Source of the DNA: Puniceicoccales bacterium
GTDB lineage: Bacteria > Verrucomicrobiota > Verrucomicrobiia > Opitutales > LL51
Assembly: GCA_031255005.1 (NCBI GenBank)
Contig: JAIRTH010000011.1
Span: forward strand, 1 to 32,000
DNA length: 32,000 nt
Direction: 5' to 3'
The notes below the pieces were generated by a model. That model saw only the letters and a program-made list of their open reading frames with translations, did not search any database and was not told where the DNA came from. A program made the translations under genes and the position numbers. Below are positions 16,554 to 24,999 of the stretch, piece after piece (position 1 is the stretch's first letter; every line of letters begins with the position of its first letter).

Positions 16554-17561
16554 GTGAAAATGAAAAATTTAATGATTAGTAGGTTTTGGGCAATTTTTTT
16601 TGCCATGTGGGTATTATTTATAGGTTTTGGTGCGAGTAATGAATTAGCTGCCGTTACCGCGTCCAGGCCCAATGTGGCGGCGGTTAATAAATGGACGCGC
16701 AACTCTAACGGCACTGGTAACTCATTAATTGTAAATGATTTAATTTTGCATAATGTGTCTGATCATGGATTATTTAGTGGCTATTGGGCGATAGCCATTG
16801 GGTTGAACCACGGAAGAGATTGTTCTATTTTTGATGCATATAAAATCAGAAAATATATTCATAAGAATCTTGATGATAAGCACGATTGTACTGAGGATAC
16901 CATGCTGCAGAATTACAAATGCAGTGATATTGCGAAGGCCATTAAGCGGACAATAGTTATTTGTGGATTTAATGATATTAATTTTTCCAACAATGACAAA
17001 TTTGCAGAGGTTTTTCTGTCCAATGGTAACAGTTATTATTGTGTCATGAATGGAGCTAATGGAGTAATTCATATTAATGATTGCAATAAGCTGAGAATAA
17101 AAAACAAGAAATGTAGCCAAGGTGAAAAGATTAAAGGTAGAGACGGTGTGAGTATTACTGCGAAGGTTTTAGAGGCGGTGTCCAGTAAGGATGCAATATT
17201 TTTATATGAAAATCAAAATGGTAGCTATTCTGTTGCATTATGGCGTGATTCAAATGTGCCGACAGTACAACCGGCAGCTAATCCAGTAAGTAACCCAGCC
17301 GTTGGTTTGGCAACTAGCTCAACGACAACTGACTCAATGGCAAATCCAGTGCATAATAATAATAGTCTGGCCAAGGGTTATGGGCGTAGAAATCGGTTTG
17401 GCAGAAGGGGCAGAAGATGGCGACGAAATAATGTGGCTGCACAAACCAGTAGAAATGGCAGAAAATTAAACAAAAGGCAGGCGAGAAATAAAAAATTATC
17501 AATTGATATGAAAAATATGAGTATATCGAAGATGGGTCATATAAAAAATAAAAGAAGCTAG
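16554..17561 (+). CDS. Secreted OTU-like paralog C, catalytic residues substituted (probable pseudo-enzyme), Arg-rich tail
   Basis: 335 aa. Signal-like N-terminus ISRFWAIFFAMWVLFIGFGAS. The loop NVSDHGLFSGYWAIAIGL aligns with DVPGDGNCGYWAIAVG, with Ser75 (AGT, 16776-16778) in place of Cys. NGSYSVALW aligns with GAHWVVAL (Tyr for His). The tail is GRRNRFGRRGRRWRRN...RKLNKRQARNKK. The track start is GTG 16554; an ATG lies at 16560. Confidence 0.6.
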   Translation: MKMKNLMISRFWAIFFAMWVLFIGFGASNELAAVTASRPNVAAVNKWTRNSNGTGNSLIVNDLILHNVSDHGLFSGYWAIAIGLNHGRDCSIFDAYKIRKYIHKNLDDKHDCTEDTMLQNYKCSDIAKAIKRTIVICGFNDINFSNNDKFAEVFLSNGNSYYCVMNGANGVIHINDCNKLRIKNKKCSQGEKIKGRDGVSITAKVLEAVSSKDAIFLYENQNGSYSVALWRDSNVPTVQPAANPVSNPAVGLATSSTTTDSMANPVHNNNSLAKGYGRRNRFGRRGRRWRRNNVAAQTSRNGRKLNKRQARNKKLSIDMKNMSISKMGHIKNKRS

Positions 17562-17857
17562 TTAGCTTTTATGTTTTAACTATTTCAGTGCTTTTTATTT
17601 TAAAAGTTCTGATAGATGAAGCGTGAGAAGGTAAATGATTGTGGAATTAAAGCTGTGTATGACATTTGGCAGAGCGATGGCAAGCATGGTGTCTAGCGTA
17701 ATTATAATGAAATTTTGTATTGCCTAGTGGCTTTTTGCTTACATTATAGAGGATATTCGATGGTGGTCATATATCTGTTGGTGTTGGACTTAGGCCTAGT
17801 GACGGTGGATTAACTACCAATGTAAATCATTTTACCGAAGCGTTAGGTGGTTCGGTT

Positions 17858-18883
17858 GTGGTATTTTCTGGCGATGATATGTTTCGACATTCATTGATAG
17901 CTAAGGAGATATATCAACTGAGCCCCTGTGATAATTTTTTTGGCAGAGCTTTTGCTTATATTAATAGGTATGAATTGGAAAGTGCTGAAAAATATGTAGT
18001 GAAATCGGCGAAGATCATTACCTGCCATTGTTTGTATAGATTTCATTGCCATTTTGTCCATAAGATGTTCCGACAGTATGGTATACCGTACAATGTTGTT
18101 CTTCATGGAGCTTTGGATAGATTCGTTAGATCTCAGAGAAAAATTTGCAAAGCTTTATGGCTGAATATGTTTGGAAAGCAATTTTTGGCCGATGCAAGAT
18201 ATGTGATCTGTGCAACCTCGGCGGAAAAAATTAAAGCCATGGAATTTTTCTCCAATGCAAATTATGTAGATTTATATTGGCCCACAGAGCTTTATGAAAA
18301 AAAATGGACAGAATTAGATAAGAAAAGACAAGAGCTAAGGATCCGATATGGAATCAAAGAAGGTTTTAGGGTTTTGTTATGTCTTGGTCGGTTAAACAGC
18401 GTCAAAAATCCACTCGATGTCATAATATCTTTAAAAGAAAATCGCGCCAAAATTGTTCTGTTACTTGTTGGGCCAGAAGATGATATATCGTTTAAGCAAT
18501 GCTATGCTACGGCCAAAAAATGTGGTGTTGAAATTAGATGTACAGGATTTGCAGATCTGGAAAAGAAGGAAGAAATATTTGCGATTACTGATTACTATAT
18601 TTCGCTGGCCCATCACGAAAATTTCAATTATGCTTTGGTTGAATCGTTGGCGAGAGGCATTCCGGCAATAATATCCCGCGGAAATGATTTGAGTCACGAT
18701 ATTACCGGCGAATCATTTTGCAATGTTGTTGATTCACGAAGTGATGTGAATTTTGTTTTGCAACAACTTGATAATATTAGTGGTTGTGAGTCAGGCGTGC
18801 GATTAAAGTCTGCCAAAGAATGGGTCAAAGAGCATATGCAGTTTAGCGACTTTAGAAACAAGTTGCTAATTTTATATCAATAA
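17858..18883 (+). CDS. Glycosyltransferase family 1 (GT4-type), 5' end possibly degraded
   Basis: C-terminal GT-B motifs VLLCLGRLNSVKNPLDVI, LLLVGPEDD and ISLAHHENFNYALVESLARGIPAIIS. The frame is open upstream to 17750 and encodes GT-like GGHISVGVGLRPSDGGLTTNVNHFTEALGG, but has no ATG, GTG or TTG there. Confidence 0.7.
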   Translation: MVFSGDDMFRHSLIAKEIYQLSPCDNFFGRAFAYINRYELESAEKYVVKSAKIITCHCLYRFHCHFVHKMFRQYGIPYNVVLHGALDRFVRSQRKICKALWLNMFGKQFLADARYVICATSAEKIKAMEFFSNANYVDLYWPTELYEKKWTELDKKRQELRIRYGIKEGFRVLLCLGRLNSVKNPLDVIISLKENRAKIVLLLVGPEDDISFKQCYATAKKCGVEIRCTGFADLEKKEEIFAITDYYISLAHHENFNYALVESLARGIPAIISRGNDLSHDITGESFCNVVDSRSDVNFVLQQLDNISGCESGVRLKSAKEWVKEHMQFSDFRNKLLILYQ

Positions 18884-18941
18884 TTATCACATATTTTCTT
18901 GCTAGATTGTCATTATTGTTACATAGTTTAAAACAGTACTG

Positions 18942-20255
18942 ATGGAAGATGTTCGTGTTAGATTTGCTCCAAGTCCGACGGGGTTTTTACACATAGGTGG
19001 TGCCAGGACGGCGCTTTTCAACTGGTTATATGCTAGGCATACCAGTGGTACTTTTGTGCTGAGAATAGAGGATACCGATGCGCATAGAGATACGCAAGAT
19101 GCTGTGGATGTTATATTTAAAGGTCTGCGATGGCTTGGCTTGGATTGGGATGAAGGTCCCTTTGCTAGGGAAAAATTTGGGCCATATTTCCAGAGTAGGC
19201 GCGGTGAGATATATAAAAAATATCTTGCTAAACTTAGGTCAAGCGATCGAGTCTATGATAAAGATGGTGCGATTTATTTCAAAATATCCGGAGAGCCGCA
19301 GGTGATAGATGATTTGATTCGTGGGCGCGTAACACGCAAAGAAGAGAAGGATTTTGTCATTTTTAGATCTGATGGGTCTCCGGTGTTTCATTTCGTTAAC
19401 GTCGTCGATGACATAGACATGCAGATCACGCATGTGATTCGCGGCGAAGATCATTTATCAAATACCAGCAAACATATTGAGCTTTTTAAGGCTTTTGATG
19501 CAAAGGTTCCCCATTTTGCACATATCCCGTTGATTTTGAAAGAGCACGGGCAAGGAAAGATGAGTAAGCGCGACACTGGTGCATTGGTCGAGGATTATGA
19601 GAAACGAAAAATTTTGCCAAATGCTCTAAGAAATTATTTGTGTCTGCTGGGTTGGTCGCCGAAAGATGATACGGAAGTCCTTCCTATTGAAGATATTGTT
19701 GAAATGTTTGATTTGAAAGATATTAACAAAAACAACGCCAGGTTTGATGAAAAAAAGTTGGCTCATATAAATTCAGAATATCTAAGATCTATGCCGATGG
19801 ATGAGTTTTGGGACATTGGTATAAAGATACTGCTTGACGAAGGCATCATTACGCAAGATACTGATAGAGAGTATGTTTTTGATGTTTTATCCATTTGCCA
19901 AGAGAAGATGCGTTCCTTCGAGGAATTGTCGAATTTTGTGAGCTATTTTTTTTCAGAAGATTACGAGTTTGACGATGAGGTAAAGGAAAAGCTAGCAAAG
20001 TTCGATCCGAAGAAAAGGATAGATGAAGTGGTCGACGGAATTATGAATATGACCGATTACTATCAGGATGAATTGGAAGGACTTATCGTTGCATTGGCGA
20101 AAATTCATCATGTCAAAACCGGAGACTATATCCATACAGTCAGATTTGCTGTTTCTGGAAGGTCCGTTGGGCCAAGCTTTTACAAATTACTATCTGTGCT
20201 TGGCAAAAAGACTGTTTTGGCTCGGCTAAAAAGAGCATTGGAGATTTTTCAATAA
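18942..20255 (+). CDS. gltX: Glutamate--tRNA ligase
   Basis: 437 aa with VRVRFAPSPTGFLHIGGARTALFNWLYAR (HIGH), RIEDTD, and KMSKR in GQGKMSKRD. Confidence 0.95.
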   Translation: MEDVRVRFAPSPTGFLHIGGARTALFNWLYARHTSGTFVLRIEDTDAHRDTQDAVDVIFKGLRWLGLDWDEGPFAREKFGPYFQSRRGEIYKKYLAKLRSSDRVYDKDGAIYFKISGEPQVIDDLIRGRVTRKEEKDFVIFRSDGSPVFHFVNVVDDIDMQITHVIRGEDHLSNTSKHIELFKAFDAKVPHFAHIPLILKEHGQGKMSKRDTGALVEDYEKRKILPNALRNYLCLLGWSPKDDTEVLPIEDIVEMFDLKDINKNNARFDEKKLAHINSEYLRSMPMDEFWDIGIKILLDEGIITQDTDREYVFDVLSICQEKMRSFEELSNFVSYFFSEDYEFDDEVKEKLAKFDPKKRIDEVVDGIMNMTDYYQDELEGLIVALAKIHHVKTGDYIHTVRFAVSGRSVGPSFYKLLSVLGKKTVLARLKRALEIFQ

Positions 20256-20259
20256 TTTT

Positions 20260-20628
20260 ATGGAATTTTCCAGGGAAATTAACAATTTGATCGCTGATTT
20301 TCGTAATTTACCTCAGGATGAGTCCTGTGCAATTTTTCACAGAGAAGTTTTGATGCATGACGCACTGAAGTGTCTATGTGCCATGTATTTAAAAAATTCG
20401 CTGAAATCTATGAATAGTAATTTAGTTGCTAATTGGGAACAGATTGTAGGGGGCGACTATGCTAGGTATTGTTTTCCGTCTAAAATTTTACCCAATGGTA
20501 TGTTGGTGGTAAATGTTAGTAACAGTGTGATTCGCAGTGAGTTATGTTTTAAAGCGTCGGAGATTATTTCCAGAATAGGTAAAATTGGCTGTTGTGACCG
20601 TGTTTGCTCGATGAAATTCATACTTTGA
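20260..20628 (+). CDS. DUF721 / DciA-like protein
   Basis: 122 aa. The pattern WEQIVGGDYARYCFPSKILPNGMLVVNVSNSVIRSELCFKASEIISRI is typical of DUF721 (W..IVG....P..L..G.L.V.V.....EL......I). Confidence 0.55.
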   Translation: MEFSREINNLIADFRNLPQDESCAIFHREVLMHDALKCLCAMYLKNSLKSMNSNLVANWEQIVGGDYARYCFPSKILPNGMLVVNVSNSVIRSELCFKASEIISRIGKIGCCDRVCSMKFIL

Positions 20629-20635
20629 TGGACAA

Positions 20636-22018
20636 ATGAGCGATGAACTGGTTGACTTTTGGTGCAAAAATCTTCCTGTCCAAGCAGTGATTTTAACCAA
20701 TTCCGTTATTTTATCCGTGTTGCTTGTTCTCATTCTTAGTATGGTTAGGGTGAATGTTGTCATTGCGTTGACTGCCAGTGCGTTAATAGGCGGAATGGTG
20801 GATGGATTTAGCTTTGAAAAGGCGTTGGAAATTTTTTCCAATGGCCTTGGAGATGGCGCGAAAATTGCTCTGAGCTACGCTATGCTTGGAGCCTTTGCTG
20901 CGGCGGTTGCCCATTCAGGCATTTCGGTGATGCTGGCAGATAGGATAATTTTGTCGATAAAAAATGCTTCGGCGAGGGATAGCGAATGCACAAAATTTAA
21001 AATAATCATATTGGTTGCGATTGGTCTAATGTCGATTTTGTCTAAAAATGTCATTCCGGTTCATATCGCCTTCATTCCCATATTGATACCACCATTGCTT
21101 GGCGTATTTTCAAAATTAAAAATAGACCGTCGGCTGGTGGCCTGTATTATAACTTTTGGCCTGGTTGTTGCCTATATGGTTGTGCCCTATGGAGTTGGGC
21201 ATATTTTTTTAAATAATATTTTGCTGCATAATCTAAATCTTAATGGGATGGAAGCGTCAATGAAAGAATTGATGCTGGGCATGATTTTTCCTACCATTGG
21301 CATGGTAATTGGGCTGATTTCTTCCTGTCTGATGTACCATAAACCACGGGAGTACAATGCTATAAATGACGATCGATGTAAACTCAATGAGAAGGAGGGT
21401 TCATTTAAAAATATCTTGGTGTCGATCATTGCAATTATCATTTCGTTGGCCATCCAGTTGAAAACAAAGAGTACCATTGCCAGTGCTTTGGGCGGTTTTT
21501 TGGTGTTTTCTGTGGGAGGTGTTGTTCACTGGATGGATTCAGATAATGTTGTGACTCAAGGGTTTAAGATGATGGCTATGATGGCATTCATAATGATAGC
21601 TGCGGCTGGTTACAGCGCCGTTATTCGGTCGACCGGCGATATTGGAGAGTTGGTGAATTGGCTTGCTTCCGGTTCCACAGGTGGCAAAGCCATGGTTTCT
21701 TTTGGTATGTTAATGATTGGCTTGCTCATTACCATGGGCATTGGCTCTTCATTTTCCACCGTTCCGATCATTACTAGCATCTATGTGCCGTTATGTATGA
21801 AGTTGGGATTCAGTACGTTAGCGACCATAACAATAGTTGCATCTGCGAGTATTACCGGTGATGCCGGAGCGCCGGTGTCAGACACAATGCTTGGTGCCAC
21901 ATCGGGGCTTGGTGCCGACGGCCAGCACGATCACATCTGGGATACCACAATCCCGGCGTTCATTCATTTTAATTTTCCGGTCATAATTCTAGGCTGGATT
22001 GGCTCATTGGTGTTGTGA
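20636..22018 (+). CDS. Na+/H+ antiporter-family (YuiF-like) membrane transporter, possible amino-acid permease
   Basis: 460-aa polytopic ORF. Its N-terminal region LSMVRVNVVIALTASALIGGMVDGFSFEKALEIFSNGLGDGAKIALSYAMLGAFAAAVAHSG resembles the YuiF/Na_H_antiporter family. Confidence 0.6.
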   Translation: MSDELVDFWCKNLPVQAVILTNSVILSVLLVLILSMVRVNVVIALTASALIGGMVDGFSFEKALEIFSNGLGDGAKIALSYAMLGAFAAAVAHSGISVMLADRIILSIKNASARDSECTKFKIIILVAIGLMSILSKNVIPVHIAFIPILIPPLLGVFSKLKIDRRLVACIITFGLVVAYMVVPYGVGHIFLNNILLHNLNLNGMEASMKELMLGMIFPTIGMVIGLISSCLMYHKPREYNAINDDRCKLNEKEGSFKNILVSIIAIIISLAIQLKTKSTIASALGGFLVFSVGGVVHWMDSDNVVTQGFKMMAMMAFIMIAAAGYSAVIRSTGDIGELVNWLASGSTGGKAMVSFGMLMIGLLITMGIGSSFSTVPIITSIYVPLCMKLGFSTLATITIVASASITGDAGAPVSDTMLGATSGLGADGQHDHIWDTTIPAFIHFNFPVIILGWIGSLVL

Positions 22019-22509
22019 TGGAACCGTGTCCTTTTGAGAAAAAATTTTTATCGGTGCTGAGGAAAGATGATTTGTATTTTATGTCATTGGCCTACAATGA
22101 GGCAATAGATGGATGGAATGAAAACGAAATTCCTATTGGTGCGGTTATTGTTTTTGGCAACCAGGTAATTGCTTCGTCTCATAATAGTGTATGTAAGCTC
22201 GTTGATCCTACTGCCCATGCGGAGATGTTAGCTATCACTCAGGCGGCCAAGGCGATAGGTGATTGGAGGCTTAATGAAACTAGACTTTACGTGACAAAAG
22301 AGCCGTGTCCCATGTGTTCTGGTGCGGTGATAATGTCGAGAATCGGCGAGGTGATTTTTGGCTTTGGTGATGGTAAAATGGGCTGTCTTGGCGGTGCTAT
22401 CGATCTGCGTTCCATCGATAAAATTAATCATCGACCAATGGTTCGTGGCGATGTTATGGCAACCGAATGTTATGCGCTGATCAGAGATTTTCTTGAACGA
22501 AAACGATGA
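22015..22509 (+). CDS. tadA: tRNA adenosine(34) deaminase
   Basis: 164 aa with CDA-fold zinc motifs HAEMLAI and PCPMCSGA. It overlaps the upstream stop by 4 nt. Confidence 0.9.
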   Translation: MMEPCPFEKKFLSVLRKDDLYFMSLAYNEAIDGWNENEIPIGAVIVFGNQVIASSHNSVCKLVDPTAHAEMLAITQAAKAIGDWRLNETRLYVTKEPCPMCSGAVIMSRIGEVIFGFGDGKMGCLGGAIDLRSIDKINHRPMVRGDVMATECYALIRDFLERKR

Positions 22510-22575
22510 TTAGATCTAAAATTGTTCATGCAAGTTCTTGCAAGTGGTAGCGAATTTTCATCATCCACAACGCAT

Positions 22576-22662
22576 TGCCCGGGTGGCGGAATGGTAGACG
22601 CTGAGGACTTAAAATCCTTTGTCCGTTAGGACGTGCGGGTTCGAGTCCCGCCTCGGGCACCA
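22576..22662 (+). tRNA. tRNA-Leu (anticodon UAA)
   Basis: Hand-folded cloverleaf. Acceptor gcccggg/ctcgggc, anticodon stem gagga/tcctt with loop cTTAAaa, long variable arm, T-loop ttcgagt, encoded CCA. Confidence 0.9.
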
Positions 22663-22673
22663 TCAATTTACTT

Positions 22674-22750
22674 CGGGATGTAGCTTAGTCTGGTAGAGCG
22701 CTACGATCGGGACGTAGAGGTCGCTGGTTCGAATCCAGTCATCCCGACCA
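22674..22750 (+). tRNA. tRNA-Pro (anticodon CGG)
   Basis: Acceptor cgggatg/catcccg (C1:G72, typical of bacterial tRNA-Pro), anticodon stem ctacg/cgtag with loop atCGGga, T-loop ttcgaat, encoded CCA. Confidence 0.9.
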
Positions 22751-23130
22751 GAGTTTTAAGTTGTTGGCATGGATAGGGTTGCGAATAATTTTCTTCGGAT
22801 GGAAATTTTTCATAATACCCATTCGGGCCATTAATCAGACCTCAGAATAGATTCTGGGATTTGGTTTCCATGGTGCATGGGTAATTGGCGTGTCGTAATA
22901 ATTTTGAAATGGAAGTAAGTCGTTGAAGCGCACGGATTTGCTGATTGGATAAAAGAGCCTTGAGAGTTGAGGAAGAATTTTTTCATGGTCAAATCTAAAT
23001 CGAAAAATCTAAAGGAAGAATCACAGAAATTGCTGTGAAAATGGTAAGTTCTGGTACAATGCCAGTTCCATTGGTGCGATAAACCAGTTTGCCGCTGTAA
23101 AACCTTGACCGTATTTTTTAATTTTATACA

Positions 23131-24027
23131 ATGCGTTTAGAGATGGATGGCGCCAATTCTTTAGAAAATTTTTTAGAATCAAAGGTTTTACCAGTGTTAG
23201 GCAATGCCTTCAGAGACATAGCTAATGTGAAAATTGATATGCCAAAATCCTGCAGGTTGGTTACGGAGATAGATGGGCTGTATGCTAGCCCGGAGGAGTT
23301 CATTAAAAGATCGAAAGATTTTGATAATGCTTTCATTGGCAATGACATACGTGTAATTTTTGTCCATGAGGATAGAAGCCGTGAAGTTATTGGAAAACTG
23401 GTTACAAAGATTATGTTTAGCCGTGCCAATGGTCGCGATTTCGTTGTTATAACGATGGATTCGGATTTTGATAAAAATTTTCGAGATATGGAGCCGTTGG
23501 TAATTGGCTTTGATGGAATTATAAGTGCCTATATTAAAAGCTTTAGAGAAGAAAATGACACCAGTTACTCCGTGTATTTTGAACTTTGCAACAAATTTTT
23601 TGTATCAAAGCTAGCCATTAGGCTTGGTTTTTTCCCTGGTTGGCTGGATCATATTATGGCCAGCGGCAAATCCTATGATCATTTGAAAGCCCATTCATTG
23701 TTTTTGATTGATAAGTTCTTGGATATCAAGGATTGTAACTCAATTCCCATCGATACGTTGGTTTCCTGTTACAGCAAAATTGAAAAACAGGATATCGGCC
23801 CTGGAGTTGTGCCGCAAAATTGGCCAGACGGTTCCGTGTCCATGGTATTTTACTATCCAATTTGGAACAGGGATATGAACATTGAAAGTATGTATAAGAT
23901 GGAAGGCGACTTCTGGAACAGAAATGCGCCGGGCAATACAAAAATTTTGCTTGATGAATTTTCTAAAAAATATGTCAATCGATTGCTAACCAAGGATGTT
24001 GTATTGAAAATTCTCGCCCAAAGATAG
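23131..24027 (+). CDS. Hypothetical cytoplasmic protein (orphan)
   Basis: 298-aa ORF with no signal peptide, TM segment or motif I recognise. About 380 bp of non-coding DNA precede it, downstream of tRNA-Pro. Confidence 0.5.
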   Translation: MRLEMDGANSLENFLESKVLPVLGNAFRDIANVKIDMPKSCRLVTEIDGLYASPEEFIKRSKDFDNAFIGNDIRVIFVHEDRSREVIGKLVTKIMFSRANGRDFVVITMDSDFDKNFRDMEPLVIGFDGIISAYIKSFREENDTSYSVYFELCNKFFVSKLAIRLGFFPGWLDHIMASGKSYDHLKAHSLFLIDKFLDIKDCNSIPIDTLVSCYSKIEKQDIGPGVVPQNWPDGSVSMVFYYPIWNRDMNIESMYKMEGDFWNRNAPGNTKILLDEFSKKYVNRLLTKDVVLKILAQR

Positions 24028-24188
24028 GCAATTTTGATGGGTGGCTGATGGTTTGGTTGGCGTCGACATGGATGTATTTTTAAAAAAATTGTTTAATATT
24101 TGATTAAAAAATGTTAAAAATTGCTAAAGTAGATATTATACTTGATAATAGTCATTAGGTTGTATCTATTGCTAGGCATATATTATTG

Positions 24189-24983
24189 ATGTGCAATATT
24201 TTATTTTTTTGTATGTTTTTACTCGGTTTGGCTGTATGTGTCATTGTATTTCAATGCATAACCATGCGAAATCTCATGCGGCATTTGCGCAAGGAGCGAG
24301 AATCTAATATGATGAAAGGGGCGTTTGTCGGCCTAATATCTCATGAATTTCGAACGCCGATGGCTACGATAAGAGCGTCAGCTGATTTGGTTGCAAAGTT
24401 TCGCAACAGACTGAGGCCAGAGGAAGTTGATGATAGTTTGAAAAACATATCTGACTGCGTTGTTCGTATGACCAGCATGATGGATGATATTCTGTTTCTT
24501 GGCAAGGTGCAGAATAATCAGATAAAATTTTACACAAAACAAGTCGATATTGTGGCTTTGTTCCACGAAATAGTTAGAGATGTGGACAATGCTTCGGGGA
24601 ATAGGCGTGTTGTGATGACGAGCAATGTGGGGGCAAAGTGTGATCTAATGCTTGACCAGATGCTGATATATCACATAGGCGCGAATTTACTTAGTAATGC
24701 ATTAAAATATTCCGGAAAGGATAAAAAAGTTGAGTTATATGTTGGTCTAGATGAAGGGTTTTTGATCATAAAGGTTACGGATCATGGCATTGGTATTCCG
24801 AAAAATGAAATCGAAAATTTGTTTGACTTATTTCATAGGTGTTCGAATGTGGGCGGCAAATCTGGCATAGGTATGGGATTGTTTATGATCAGGCAATGTG
24901 TTTCATTGCATGGAGGGACTGTGACATTGCAAACATTAGAAAATGTTGGCTCGACATTTACTGTAAAAATCCCGATAGAGTGA
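24189..24983 (+). CDS. Membrane-anchored sensor histidine kinase (HisKA + HATPase_c) without an obvious sensor domain
   Basis: One N-terminal TM (ILFFCMFLLGLAVCVIVF). H-box LISHEFRTPMATI, N-box NLLSNALKYS, G1 DHGIGIP, G2 GKSGIGMGL. The track start is TTG 24186; the ATG is at 24189. Confidence 0.85.
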   Translation: MCNILFFCMFLLGLAVCVIVFQCITMRNLMRHLRKERESNMMKGAFVGLISHEFRTPMATIRASADLVAKFRNRLRPEEVDDSLKNISDCVVRMTSMMDDILFLGKVQNNQIKFYTKQVDIVALFHEIVRDVDNASGNRRVVMTSNVGAKCDLMLDQMLIYHIGANLLSNALKYSGKDKKVELYVGLDEGFLIIKVTDHGIGIPKNEIENLFDLFHRCSNVGGKSGIGMGLFMIRQCVSLHGGTVTLQTLENVGSTFTVKIPIE

Positions 24984-24999
24984 TGGAGCAAGTAATTCA

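Noticed and set aside
13605-17561. Alternative assignment of the trio to other cysteine-peptidase clans (C39 bacteriocin-processing, CHAP, C48 Ulp/ChlaDub-like, YopT-like)
   Set aside because: C48 enzymes have His before Cys, the opposite order. C39 and CHAP have Q...C motifs unlike D-G-N-C. The exact P-G-D-G-N-C-x-aromatic string is the OTU signature. The call still rests on motif-level evidence, so confidence is moderate.
22751-24185. Integrated mobile element or prophage remnant at tRNA-Pro
   Set aside because: There is no integrase, transposase or phage-like ORF, and I found no duplicated tRNA 3' end (att-like repeat). I kept it only as a low-interest synteny question.
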